Assembly (NCBI GenBank): GCA_002269645.1
Contig: NIVC01002069.1
Span: forward strand, 124,001 to 188,000
DNA from: Macrostomum lignano
Lineage: Eukaryota
Direction: 5' to 3'
DNA length: 64,000 nucleotides
Part shown: in pieces, positions 44,901 to 55,719 of the stretch
How the letters are laid out: every line of letters starts with the position of its first letter
How positions within the stretch are numbered: the first letter of the stretch is position 1
Program-made: the position numbers and the translations under genes
The notes under the pieces: generated by a model
Told to the model about the DNA's origin: nothing
Databases searched by the model: none
What the model saw: the letters and a program-made list of their open reading frames with translations, nothing else

Positions 44901-47900
44901 GTTGAAAATCGACAAGTCACTCACTCAGTCTTCAGCCAGGTCCAGACGAAACTTTCGGGGAAAAATTTCCGCACCGTTAATTTCTGCTTGGACTTTTCGC
45001 TGCCATCTCGACTGACGGCCGGTTTTGAAGGCTTGGCAGGCATCGACTTCTTTGCCGCCCCGACGGCCATTGGTGCCATCTCCATCACAGCATCATCTGC
45101 CAGGGCCATGTTAGCCCGCATAAAGTACATCATGGGCTGGTCCTTCACGTAGTTGAAGTCGGTTAAAGCTAGTAGGCCGCTTTTCTGTTGGCAGTTGGCA
45201 ATGTCGGAGTTGGAAAAATGTCAAAGTTGGAAATGTCAGAGATGAAAATGTCAAAGTTAGAAGTGTCGAAGTTGGAAATGTCGGAGTTGGAAATGTCAGA
45301 GTTGGAAATGTCGGAGTTGGAAGTGTGGAACTAGGAAATGTCGGAGTTGGAATTGTCGGAGTTGGAAGTGTGGAACTAGGAAATGTCAGAGTTGGAAATG
45401 TCGGAGATGGAAATGTCAGAGATGAAAATGTCAGAGTTAGAAGTGTGGAATTAGGAAATATCGGAGTTGGAAATGTCACAGATAAGAATGTCAGAGTTAG
45501 AAGTGTCGAATTTGGAAATGTCGGAGTTGGAATTGTCGGAGTTGGAATTGTCGGAGTTGGAATTGTCGGAGTTGGAATTGTCGGAGTTGGAAATTTCGGA
45601 GTTGGAATTGTCGGAGTTGGAAATGTCAGAGTTGGAATTGTCGGAGTTGGAAATGTCGGAGTTGGAAATGTCGGAGTTGGAATTGTCGGAGTTGGAAATG
45701 TCGGAGTTGGAATTGTCGGAGTTGGAAATGTCGGAGTTGGAATTGTCGGCAGTTTAAATTTTGGGAATGCATCAAACAGTTATCTATACAGCGCACCTGC
45801 AGCTCGGCATCGGTATTTCGCGAATTTCTCCATCGTCCAACATCGAACGCTTCATCGCCGCCTTGAGCAGCGGCTGCTCTAACTGCGGTGGCTCGCTTCT
45901 CAATATCAGCCGGGCTGATGTCCTGCCCAGTTTTCATCAGGTTCACCGAGTGATCAATGCCCGTAAGGAACACGAAGGAGTCTGGATTGGTGCGCACCTG
46001 GACGAGCAGAGGCTGCTGCGGAGCGGCTGGCCCAGTGACATTCGATGTCAGGACAAGCTGAGGGGTGGGAAGGGCGAGAGACAGGGTATTAGTAGTGCAA
46101 ATCAGATCATAGATTTGTTGTCTGAGATCATCAGTTTTCAGGCACTTGCTCATACAGGGTGTAAAACAACCCTTTGACTCCCCAAGGGTGTACAGCAACC
46201 CTTTGACTTCCCAAGGGTGTATAGCAACCCTTTGAATCCCAAAGGGTGTATAGCAACCCTTTGACTCCCCAAGGGTGTATAGCAACCCTTTTACTCCCCA
46301 AGGGTGTACAGCAACCCTTTGACTCCCCAAGGGTGTACAGCAACCCTTTGACTCCCCAAAGGTGTACAGCAACCCTTTGACTTCCCAAGGGTGTACAGCA
46401 ACCCTTTGACTCCCCAAGGGTGTACAGCAACCCTTTGACTCCCCAAGGGTGTACAGCAACCCTTTGACTCTCCAAAGGTGTACAGCAACCCTTTGACTCC
46501 CCAAGGGTGTACAGCAACCCTTTGACTCCCCAAAGGTGTACAGAAACCCTTTGACTTCCCAAGGGTGTACAGCAACCCTTTGACTCCCCAAGGGTGTACA
46601 GCAACCCTTTGACTTCCCAAGGGTGTACAGCAACCCTTTGACTTCCCAAGGGTGTACAGCAACCCTTTGACTCCCCAAGGGTGTACAGCAACCCTTTGAC
46701 TCCCCAAGGGTGTACAGCAACCCTTTGACTCCCCAAGGGTGTACAGCAACCCTTTGACTCTCCAAAGGTGTACAGCAACCCTTTTACTCCCCAGGGGTGT
46801 ACAGCAACCCTTTTACTCCCCAAGGGTGTACAGCAACCCTTTGACTCCCCAAGGGTGTACAGCAACCCTTTGACTTCCCAAGGGTGTACAGCAACCCTTT
46901 GACTTCCCAAGGGTGTACAGCAACCCTTTTACTCCCCAAGGGTGTACAGCAACCCTTTGACTCCCCAAGGGTGTACAGCAACCCTTTGACTTCCCAAGGG
47001 TGTACAGCAACCCTTTGACTTCCCAAGGGTGTACAGCAACCCTTTGACTCCCCAAGGGTGTACAGCAACCCTTTGACTCCTCAAGGGTGTACAGCAACCC
47101 TTTGACCCCCCAAAGGTGTACAGCAACCCTTTTACTCCCCAAGGGTGTACAGCAACCCTTTGACTCCCCAAGGGTGTACAGCAACCCTTTTACTTCCCAA
47201 GGGTGTACAGCAACCCTTTGACTCCCCAAGGGTGTACAGCAACCCTTTTACTCCCCAAGGGTGTACAGCAACCCTTTTACTCCCCAAGGGTGTACAGCAA
47301 CCCTTTTACTCCCCAAGGGTGTACAGCAACCCTTTTACTCCCCAAGGGTGTACAGCAACCCTTTGGATCCCAAAGGTTGTACAGCAAGTACTCACGAATA
47401 AACAGAGCACCTACCCCATCGTATGTGGCGGCCAGTTTAAAAATCTTCGCCGCCGCTACCATCTCGTTGCCATGGAAACCAACGCCAACTAGCGTAAACG
47501 ATGGAGCCATCGCGGCCACCTGGGCAGCTGTGAGCACAATGGAACCCGCCAAGCCATCCGCAGCCTCTTCAGAACTGCCAAACGACTTGAGAGGAAGCCA
47601 ATAGCTGAGGATGCCCTCGTGGTTTACGACCTGAATTGGGATTAATCGCGGATGTTTATAACTTTGTTTCTTAGAAAGTCTTACGAAGGCTGGCTTTACA
47701 TATTTTACACATTACACATTTTACACTTTACACATTTTCAGGAAATGTCTAATATCCTATATATAATAATACGGATGTTACATATTTTGTGTATATATAC
47801 ATACATACATACATGGCTTAATTGAAAGATTTTCTTAGAAACGACGGTTGCCGACCTAATTTGATTCGTGCAATTGGCTCATGCTTTTGCAACAAACACT

Positions 47901-50900
47901 GTCATATTATTTTGCAAAGACACAACTCACTGCGCAGAAAATGTTCCGGGCGGGAATGCCATCGCCTCCGTGCACGGTGATTCGAAGATTGCCGCCATTC
48001 TCATCTTGAGTAGTTTCAACTCGAACTGCGCTCTGGCCGCGGGTTTGAAATGATTGCAGACTGGCGAACACTTTGTTAGACAGGCCAGGGCACGTGGCCT
48101 GTGCAGTGTAGGGTGTTGACGCTCAAGTCATAATTGCTGATATTCAAATAAATTTCTCTTTAAAAATTGAGTTATCATTTCTCTGTTTTATAAGCTTTAG
48201 CGCTTAACTTGAAATGCCCACCCAAGCCCTAACCTGAACCCTAGGCTAAACCCTAAACTCTAAACCAAAACTTAAAACCCTAACCTAAACTCTAATCTAA
48301 ACCCTAACCTAAGCGCTAACCTAAAACCTAACTCAAACCTTAACCTAGACCCTAACCTAAACCTTAACCTAAATCTAAACAATCTAAATAAACGGCAGTC
48401 AAATGTCACTGCCACCAAAATTTTACTGAAAATCAGTACTGGCTGATGAAAGTCAAACATTAATCGGGTGCAAACAATGGAGTTAATGATACAATAGCGT
48501 CTTACCTCAAGGCTAACGGAGGTGAAATCAGCGCTGTCAGGTATCACAGCTGACACTGACCAGCTAGCTTCAGTACCGTCGGGTGTCACTCTGAACAGCT
48601 GTTTCGATTGACGCATGCCCCGCTGGAACCAGGACATACGGAGCGTCACTTCCCCGCTGGGCAGGGGGCCCAGGTAAGGCTTACCGTCAGCTCGCACCAG
48701 CTTTAACTGAATAAAAGAGATCAGTTTGGAGATTGGGTTTGACACGTTTGATACTGCTGTGGGGTGCGAGGGGGTTTCAGATTGATTTGCGAGATCCCCT
48801 AAGAGTGCTCAGGTTAGGGATGCCTTATCTAAGAGTGTGCTCAGGTTGGGGATGATGCCTTATCTAAGAGTGTGCTCAGGTTGGGGTTGATGCCTTATCT
48901 AAGAGTGTGCTCAGGTTGGGGATGATGCCTTATCTAAGAGTGTGCTCAGGTTGGGGATGATGCCTTATCTAAGAGTGTACTCAGGTTCGGGTTGATGCCT
49001 TATCTAAGAGTGTGCTCAGGTTGGGGATGATGCCTTATCTAAGAGTGTGCTCAGGTTGGGGTTGATGCCTTATCTAAGAGTGTGCTCAGGTTGGGGTTGA
49101 TGCCTTATCTAAGAGTGTGCTCAGGTTGAGGATGATGCCTTATCTAAGAGTGTGCTCAGGTTCGGGTTGATGCCTTATCTAAGAGTGTGCTCAGGTTGGG
49201 GTTGATGCCTTATCTAAGAGTGTGCTCAGGTTGGGGATGATGCCTTATCTAAGAGTGTGCTCAGGTTGGGGATGATGCCTTATCTAAGAGTGTACTCAGG
49301 TTGGGGTTGATGCCTTATCTAAGAGTGTACTCAGGTTGGGGATGCCTTATTTAAGAGTGTGCTCAGGTTGGGGATGATGCCTTATCTAAGAGTGTGCTCA
49401 GGTTGAGGGATGATGCCTTATCTAAGAGTGTGCTCAGGTTGGGGATGATGCCTTATCTAAGAGTGTGCTCAGGTTGGGGATGATGCCTTATCTAAGAGTG
49501 TGCTCAGGTTGGCATTATACTCTGGCACTGAAATTCGCCACAAATAACTCAACGCACCGTAATGGGCACAGTCATGCCTGGCAGAATGAATGGTGCATCG
49601 CCAGTGTCAATCGTGAGACGATATCGCTTCCTGTAGATTGTAAACGTCTTGTTTGCCAGAGTTCGAATGCCTGAGAGATAGAAAAACAAATAGTGGTTGA
49701 TAATGATAGTCATGATAATGACTGCCACTAGCTTATTCCCACTATATGACTGCCACTAGCTTACTGCCATTATATGACTGCCATTATATGACTACCACTG
49801 TATAATTGCTACTTCAGATGACTGCCACTATATGACTGCCATTTATGACTGCCACTATATGACTGTCATTTATGACTGCCACGCCATATGACCGTAATTT
49901 ATGACTGCCACTATATGACTGGCATTTATGACTGCCACACCATATGACTGTAATTTATGACTGCCACTATATGACTGTCATTTATGACTGGCATTATATG
50001 ACTGTCATTTTTGACGGTCATTATATTAGTGCAATTTATGACTGCCACTATATGACTGTCATTTATGACTGGCATTATATGACTGTCATTTTTGACGGTC
50101 ATTATATTAGTGCAATTTATGACTGCCACTATATGACTGCCATTTATGACTGCCACTATATGGCTGTCATTTATGACTGCCATTTATGACTGCCACTATG
50201 ACTGCCACTGTATGACTCCCATTTACGAGCGTATGACTGCCGCCACTATATGAGTGCCATTTTGATGACCACTATATTAGTGCCACTATATGACCCCCAT
50301 TTATGACTGCCACTATTTGACAGCATTTGACTCGGCTACATTCAATTTGACATTTTAGCTGTAACAGAAAATTTACCGCAAAACAACGGAAATGCCTTCC
50401 GTGCTAAGTGAAAATTTATGCTAGGATTGTTTTTCAATATTTTCAAATGTGAAGCCTCAGTGTTTATCTTAGCTATTAACTTGTGCAAGTCTAAAATTAG
50501 CAATTTGGAGTTGGCAACTGAAGTAGACACATTCTTTTTTATCTGACTCAATTAAGTCTTAAGTATCAATAATGGTAGCTTCAATTTCAGGTTTCCATTC
50601 CAGACGCATTTAGAGCTCCATGCCTAATATTCGATTGGGGTTCCTCTCCAAGTGCAGCATCTAGAACTCCATGCCTAACATCCCATTCGGCTTCCTCTCC
50701 AGATGCAGCATCTAGAACTCCATGCCTAACATCCCATTCGGCTTCCTCTCCAGATGCTGCATCTTGAACTCCATGCCTAACATCCCATTCGGCTTCCTCT
50801 CCAGATGCAGCATCTAGAACTCCATGCCTAACATCCCATTCGGCTTCCTCTCCAGGTGCAGCATCTAGAACTTCATGCCTAACATCCCATTCGGCTTCCT

Positions 50901-51456
50901 CTCCAGATGCTGCATCTTGAACTCCATGCCTAACATCCCATTCGGCTTCCTCTCCAGATGCTGCATCTTGAACTCCATGCCTAGGTATCATATGGACCTG
51001 AAATTAGCATGTTACCTGAGAATTTCTCGCGAAACTCCCCAGAAACAAGTGCGCTAACGTCGCCCCATCTGGCGCGAGTGGCGCCCTGCTGCGCTAGCTT
51101 GGAGCGCCACTCGTCCAGCGAGAAGAAAAACTCTGCCAGATTCGAGCCAGCAGACGATTGGCTGAGCCGACGACCAATCAAAGTTGTGTTGCAGGGGCCA
51201 TAGCGATAGTGCCGACCGGAGCTCTGGCAGTTGTGCATCAGCGTCACATTCACGCTCACTTCGCCTTCGGCAATCTTATCGTAGGTGTACCTGGGCTCGG
51301 CTGACACCGTGAAGTTTGCATCGTTCTCGTGTACGAAGTCGGGCAGAGTAAGGCGGAGCTGCAGCTTCGGGAGCACGTAGCTGAGTAGCGTTATGGGGAG
51401 GCATTGGAAATAAGACAGACACTAAGACAGACAGTCAGACAGACAGACAGACAGAC

Positions 51457-51529
<73 letters not shown>

Positions 51530-51532
51530 GTC

Positions 51533-51571
<39 letters not shown>

Positions 51572-51588
51572 TAGACAGACAGACAGTC

Positions 51589-51639
<51 letters not shown>

Positions 51640-51732
51640 TAGACAGACAGACAGACAGTCAGACAGACAGACAGACAGTCAGACAGACAGACAGACAGTC
51701 AGTCAGACAGACAGACAGACAGGCAGTCAGTC

Positions 51733-51775
<43 letters not shown>

Positions 51776-51993
51776 GAGACACACAGACAAGACACTAAGA
51801 CACTAAGACAGACAGTCAGTCAGACACTAAGACAGACACTAAGACAGACAGACAGACAGACAGTCAGACAGACAAACAGACAGACAGACACTAAGACAGA
51901 CACTAAGACACTAAGACAGACAGTCAGTCAGACACTAAGACAGACACTAAGACAGACAGACAGACAGACACTAAGACAGACAGACAGACAGTC

Positions 51994-52042
<49 letters not shown>

Positions 52043-53914
52043 GGCCTCACCGATCCACAGTAAAGGTTTTGGTCTCCTTGCCGGACTGTGTCTCGGCGAT
52101 GAGGCTCCAGTCTCCCAGATTTGGCTGATCGGACAGCTGAAACTGGCCAGTGAAAACTGCGTCCATCGGGCTGCTGGAGTTGGCCGGCGGCCTGTGTTCG
52201 TAGCGGTCCACGAGGTTCCCTTCAGAGTCCTGTAATTTGTTCATTATTGAATATTTATAGCATAGGAAGATGTAGAAGAACGGGAAAGTTCGTTTCTCAG
52301 AAATTGTTTGCAACTCCACAAGTTCGGAAGTTCAGAAGCTTACATGTTTGTAACGCTTGAATTACTGCATATGATTGACTTCACTAGCCAGAATAAAAAA
52401 GAAAATGAAACTAATATGAAATAGAACAAACCTTGACTAAAACGGTGACATTCTGATTGACAGGTGTCAATGAATCGCTAACGGATACAACCCGAAATTT
52501 GACCGATTGGCCGGGCTTGTAGATGGCCTTGTCTGTCTGAATAAACAGCTCGGAGCGAACTGTCCGAACTGACACGCTGCCAGTGTCCGAGAACCTCCTG
52601 CCGGCTGAGTCTTGCAGTTCAACTTTCAGAATGCACTTGGCGCTGTAGTCCAGCTTCTCTGGAGGCTGTTGGAATTTCAGTAGGATTATTATAAAAAAAA
52701 GCCAGCCTACCGTAAGTACCATCCAAACTGTAATGTAAGTTCCCAGTATGATAAATCCTCTCACCCTTTCCAAACGCATCTTCAACAGAATGGAGTCTGA
52801 AGCGAGGAAAAAAAGTTTACTGCTTAGTTTTTTTTCATGCAAGAGCTTAATACGAGCTAATTAAAATAAATCATCACAGGAAAGCTGCAGACACTTTGAC
52901 TTGGCGACATTGTCCCGCAACCAGCGTTGAGGCAATTTTGCCCATTCCGCTGACTCCTAAGCGCACTACACTAAGCGCACTACCTAAGCGACTCCTAAGT
53001 GGTCCTGACTTGCTAATCGTCAGACATGTACACTCTGTGCCTTGGGGGTTGGCCCTTATGGATGTGAATCGAAGGGTCTATGAGAATTTTCCGCAGGAAG
53101 CTTTCCCGCAGCGAGATTTTTTTCGCAGGGTTTTTCCTGTCGGAACTTCAAGTCAAACTCTAATCTAGTCTAGTTTTAATCTAGTTTAGTTTATGTCTCT
53201 AGTCTAGCCTTAGCTTAGTTCTAACCTAATCCAGCATTGCCTACATAGACTGGATTTGACTTGAAATTCCGACTAAAAACCCTGCGGGAAAACCTCCCTG
53301 TGGGAAAATCTCGCGCGGTCAAACCTCGGCGGGAAAACTTCCTGCGGAAAATTCTCGGGCTCCCGAATCGAACGATAGATCCCTTAGACAGCCAAATTTC
53401 GTACACAGAAGCCCCTGTGCCTCTGTGTATGTGGGGCCACGCACAAAATCGAACCAGCTGGGGTCGTGGCGCGAGAGTCAGGCGCGTTTACAATAGCAAT
53501 AGCAAATACAATGATTACTTGAACCTTCATCAGAGGCTGTTGGAGTCCAGCTAGCTGACAAGCTGAAGCCCTCGAAGCCGACCCGACCAGCTGTGCAAGC
53601 CAGCGAGGCCTCAGCCTTTGCCAACGTGGCACTGGGGGTTAGGAGGCTCACAGCTACACTGTATTCTCGGCCAGGAAAGAATACCTTCGGTGCCAGGACT
53701 GCATAGTTCCTGTGAAGTTTTAATTCAGTTGCATTGATACAACAAATTGGGTAGACAATGTTTTCCTACAAGATATTCAGCTTCAGCAAAACAACACTTA
53801 CTTGAGACCTGACTCAAAAGTCCAATCATCATTTTTATGTCTGGGATATGGCACATAGTCTCCATAGGCCCAAGGGATCATTAGAAGCAAGTAGGTGATA
53901 GCAAAATACTGCAT
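35926..53914 (-). CDS. Thioester-containing protein (TEP / CD109 / alpha-2-macroglobulin family), secreted, about 1558 aa, 21 coding exons
   Basis: Phase-consistent GT-AG exons: 53802-53914 (signal peptide MQYFAITYLLLMIPWAYG), 53519-53709, 52765-52796, 52432-52665, 52051-52229, 51016-51380, 49558-49670, 48506-48706, 47931-48098, 47415-47630, 45797-46057, 44925-45184, 43962-44058, 42883-43060, 41089-41480, 40015-40220, 39632-39917, 38842-39360, 36882-37337, 36240-36339, 35926-36035 (sum 4677 nt). Family motifs: FIQTDKAIYKPGQ, YVLPK, RKFFPESFVW, LPDTITSW, LPYAIVRGE, PYGCGEQNM, DGSYSAFG, STWLTAFV, VETTSYALL, GGFHSTQDTVVGLQA, NYYKP. Confidence 0.93.
37393..38752. repeat. 23-bp minisatellite in a TEP intron
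   Basis: Unit CAGGGGCGCCAGAGAGAAGAGA(A/T). Confidence 0.96.
40340..40710. repeat. 16-bp degenerate minisatellite in a TEP intron
   Basis: Unit AAACTAGACTATTCAC. Confidence 0.9.
41560..42870 (-). mobile_element. Head-to-tail junction of two Helitron-derived segments, related to the 13421-19165 family
   Basis: Minus strand reads hairpin-AGATTGCTAG|TCCTATATACTAAAAATGAGTTG at 41777/41776. The upstream unit carries a 17-bp repeat ATGCTTGCTATTGGGGG (41990-42866) homologous to the 18-bp GGGGGATGCTTGCTATCT of the dimer. Outer ends not resolved. Confidence 0.75.
43228..43730. repeat. 16-bp minisatellite in a TEP intron
   Basis: Unit ACAAGACCTAAACTTC. Confidence 0.92.
44140..44872. repeat. 17-bp minisatellite in a TEP intron
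   Basis: Unit CCCTAGATTTCACAAA(T/C). Confidence 0.93.
45192..45750. repeat. 15-bp minisatellite in a TEP intron
   Basis: Unit GGAGTTGGAA(A/T)TGTC. Confidence 0.93.
46155..47385. repeat. 29-bp minisatellite in a TEP intron
   Basis: Unit CAACCCTTTGACTCCCCAAGGGTGTACAG. Confidence 0.96.
48800..49510. repeat. 35-bp minisatellite in a TEP intron
   Basis: Unit TGCCTTATCTAAGAGTGTGCTCAGGTTGGGG(A/T)TGA. Confidence 0.96.
49715..50325. repeat. 13-14-bp degenerate minisatellite in a TEP intron
   Basis: Unit ATGACTGCCACTAT / ATGACTGTCATTT. Confidence 0.9.
50600..50985. repeat. 51-bp minisatellite in a TEP intron
   Basis: Unit GAACTCCATGCCTAACATCCCATTCGGCTTCCTCTCCAGATGCAGCATCTA, beginning about 30 nt from the donor at 51015. 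Confidence 0.93.
51410..52043. repeat. (GACA)n microsatellite
   Basis: Fills most of the intron between the TEP exons at 52051 and 51380. Confidence 0.96.
52895..53490 (-). mobile_element. SINE family 2 copy interrupted by a MITE
   Basis: tRNA-like head at 53490-53440 (GACCCCAGCTGGTTCGATT). The body resumes below 53073 with GGGCCAACCCCCAAGGCACAGAGTGTACATG..GGAGTCAGCGGAATGGGCA..GACAATGTCGC. Confidence 0.72.
53074..53364. mobile_element. MITE with long TIRs and 8-bp TSD
   Basis: GGG..GAGAATTTTCCGCAGGAAG / CTTCCTGCGGAAAATTCTC..CCC, flanked by identical GAATCGAA (53066-53073, 53365-53372). Confidence 0.87.
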
Positions 53915-55719
53915 ACTGGTGATCTTTACTTAACAACTAGCATGAATGTTGTTTTAATTAGCAGATTAATCTTTTAGTTAGTTAAAAGTAAATGAAACAA
54001 AAATAAAAGAAGTAGTAGGCCAAAACCTATATTAGTAATTTGAGCTTAATTAGTCTAATAAATTTATTCATAATAAACTATTGCCTTTTTAAGCTTATTT
54101 ATTGGTGGAAAAATCTTTTTAATATTGATTTATTAAGGCTAAAAGCAATAAGCAAGTAGAACTTCCAGACTTGATCTATTTCACTCAGTTGGACAACTAT
54201 ATTATATAATCTATTGTCTTTTCATATGGAAAAAAGCTTTTAAGTTTTTTGCTATATCTTACTAGATAAAGTTTGATGAAGTCTATTTAATATTGAATTA
54301 TGACTTATCTTAACTACAACTATATAATTTTTTTGCAATAAGAAGGCAGGTAATTCGTTAAAATTGTACCAAAGGAAGCAACAAAAGGAGAAACTTATGT
54401 TGTAAAATTGTAAGGTACATCAGTGTGCATGGCTTTAAAAAATACATTTACATATAAAAAATACATAATGGCTATATTTATAAACAAAAAATCTTAAATT
54501 CATGCCTTTATACAGCTCTCATATCAAGAGGAAAAGTTACGAAAGAATCATGAGTCAAACTATCTAGATATTCACTAACTCAGGATTAAGGGCTTCCTAT
54601 GTAAATTAAAAACTGTGTTGGAACTAATTAAAATGTTTCGATTAAACAGTTTTTCCTCAGTTGATTTTTCATAATAATTCCATTTTAACACACTGCTTAC
54701 AGATAGATAGTGAGTTTGGATTTTTATACATCGAATAGTAGCTGTTAATACGAAATATATTTAATTTATATTTGTTTAACTTACACATTGCATAGAAACC
54801 CGAAACTTGGCTTTAGAACGCAGTTGAATGCAGCGCTTTGCATCTGCATTATAGAGTTTTAGAGATAGAGAGATAAATAGTTCAAGAACGACTAGTTCTA
54901 ATGATTGAAAAACTCAGGAACAACTTGGACGCTGGCACGCTGCAGGGGTGTTTGTATCTGCGTGCGTGAGGGCTTTTTAGCCTGTGAGCCATCTCCTGGC
55001 GCCGTCGCCCGTTGAGATTTGCGTCTCGCTTTATTGTTTATTCTGCATTTTTGGCTGCCTGCATGAGCTCATTTTTTTCTGTTTTACTTTTTCTATTTTC
55101 TTGCATTCTTTGCATGTCGCATGCATTGATCTTTGTAATGCCAACAAGACATGTACTTGGTAATTGAGCTGCTGTACTTAAATATATAGCTAGCTGTTAA
55201 TTGCTTTTATGACATCGATGGTGCTACCGCGCATCCCCTTTCCTGCCAATGCTGCTCTTGAATCTTCTTTACGCTGAAATTCATCGAGCGGAACGGTGAG
55301 AGTTAAATATTATTATGCCTCGTATACGCTTTTTAAGAAATTATTTATTGTGTACTCTGTCGGCATAATTTATAGAAAAAATAATTGATCAGATACGAGC
55401 GTATATCAATTTCAACAAAAATATTTTAAGGACCCGTATATAAAGTCAATGTACACTATAAAAAACAGCACGAAACATGCACAGTAGCTAAATTCAGCTC
55501 GTCAATGCGAGCTGAAAAGCTACCCTGTCGTGGTTTAAGTGCAACAAGGCATATGCAACAAGGCATCTATAATAGATCACAGTGTCTGCATAACAAGTTT
55601 ACTGATAGAAATTCTCATCCAACTAGTTATACAAAGCATTGTAACATCTTTCATCTGGCTCCAGCAAAACATCAGCTATTTAATTGTTAACATCAAATCA
55701 CATCACTCATGGCGCATCT

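Noticed and set aside
53384-53632. ORF with a signal-peptide-like MKVQVIIVFAIAIV as the TEP start
   Set aside because: It is the wrong frame of TEP exon 2 running into intron and SINE sequence; the phase-compatible signal-peptide exon is 53802-53914.
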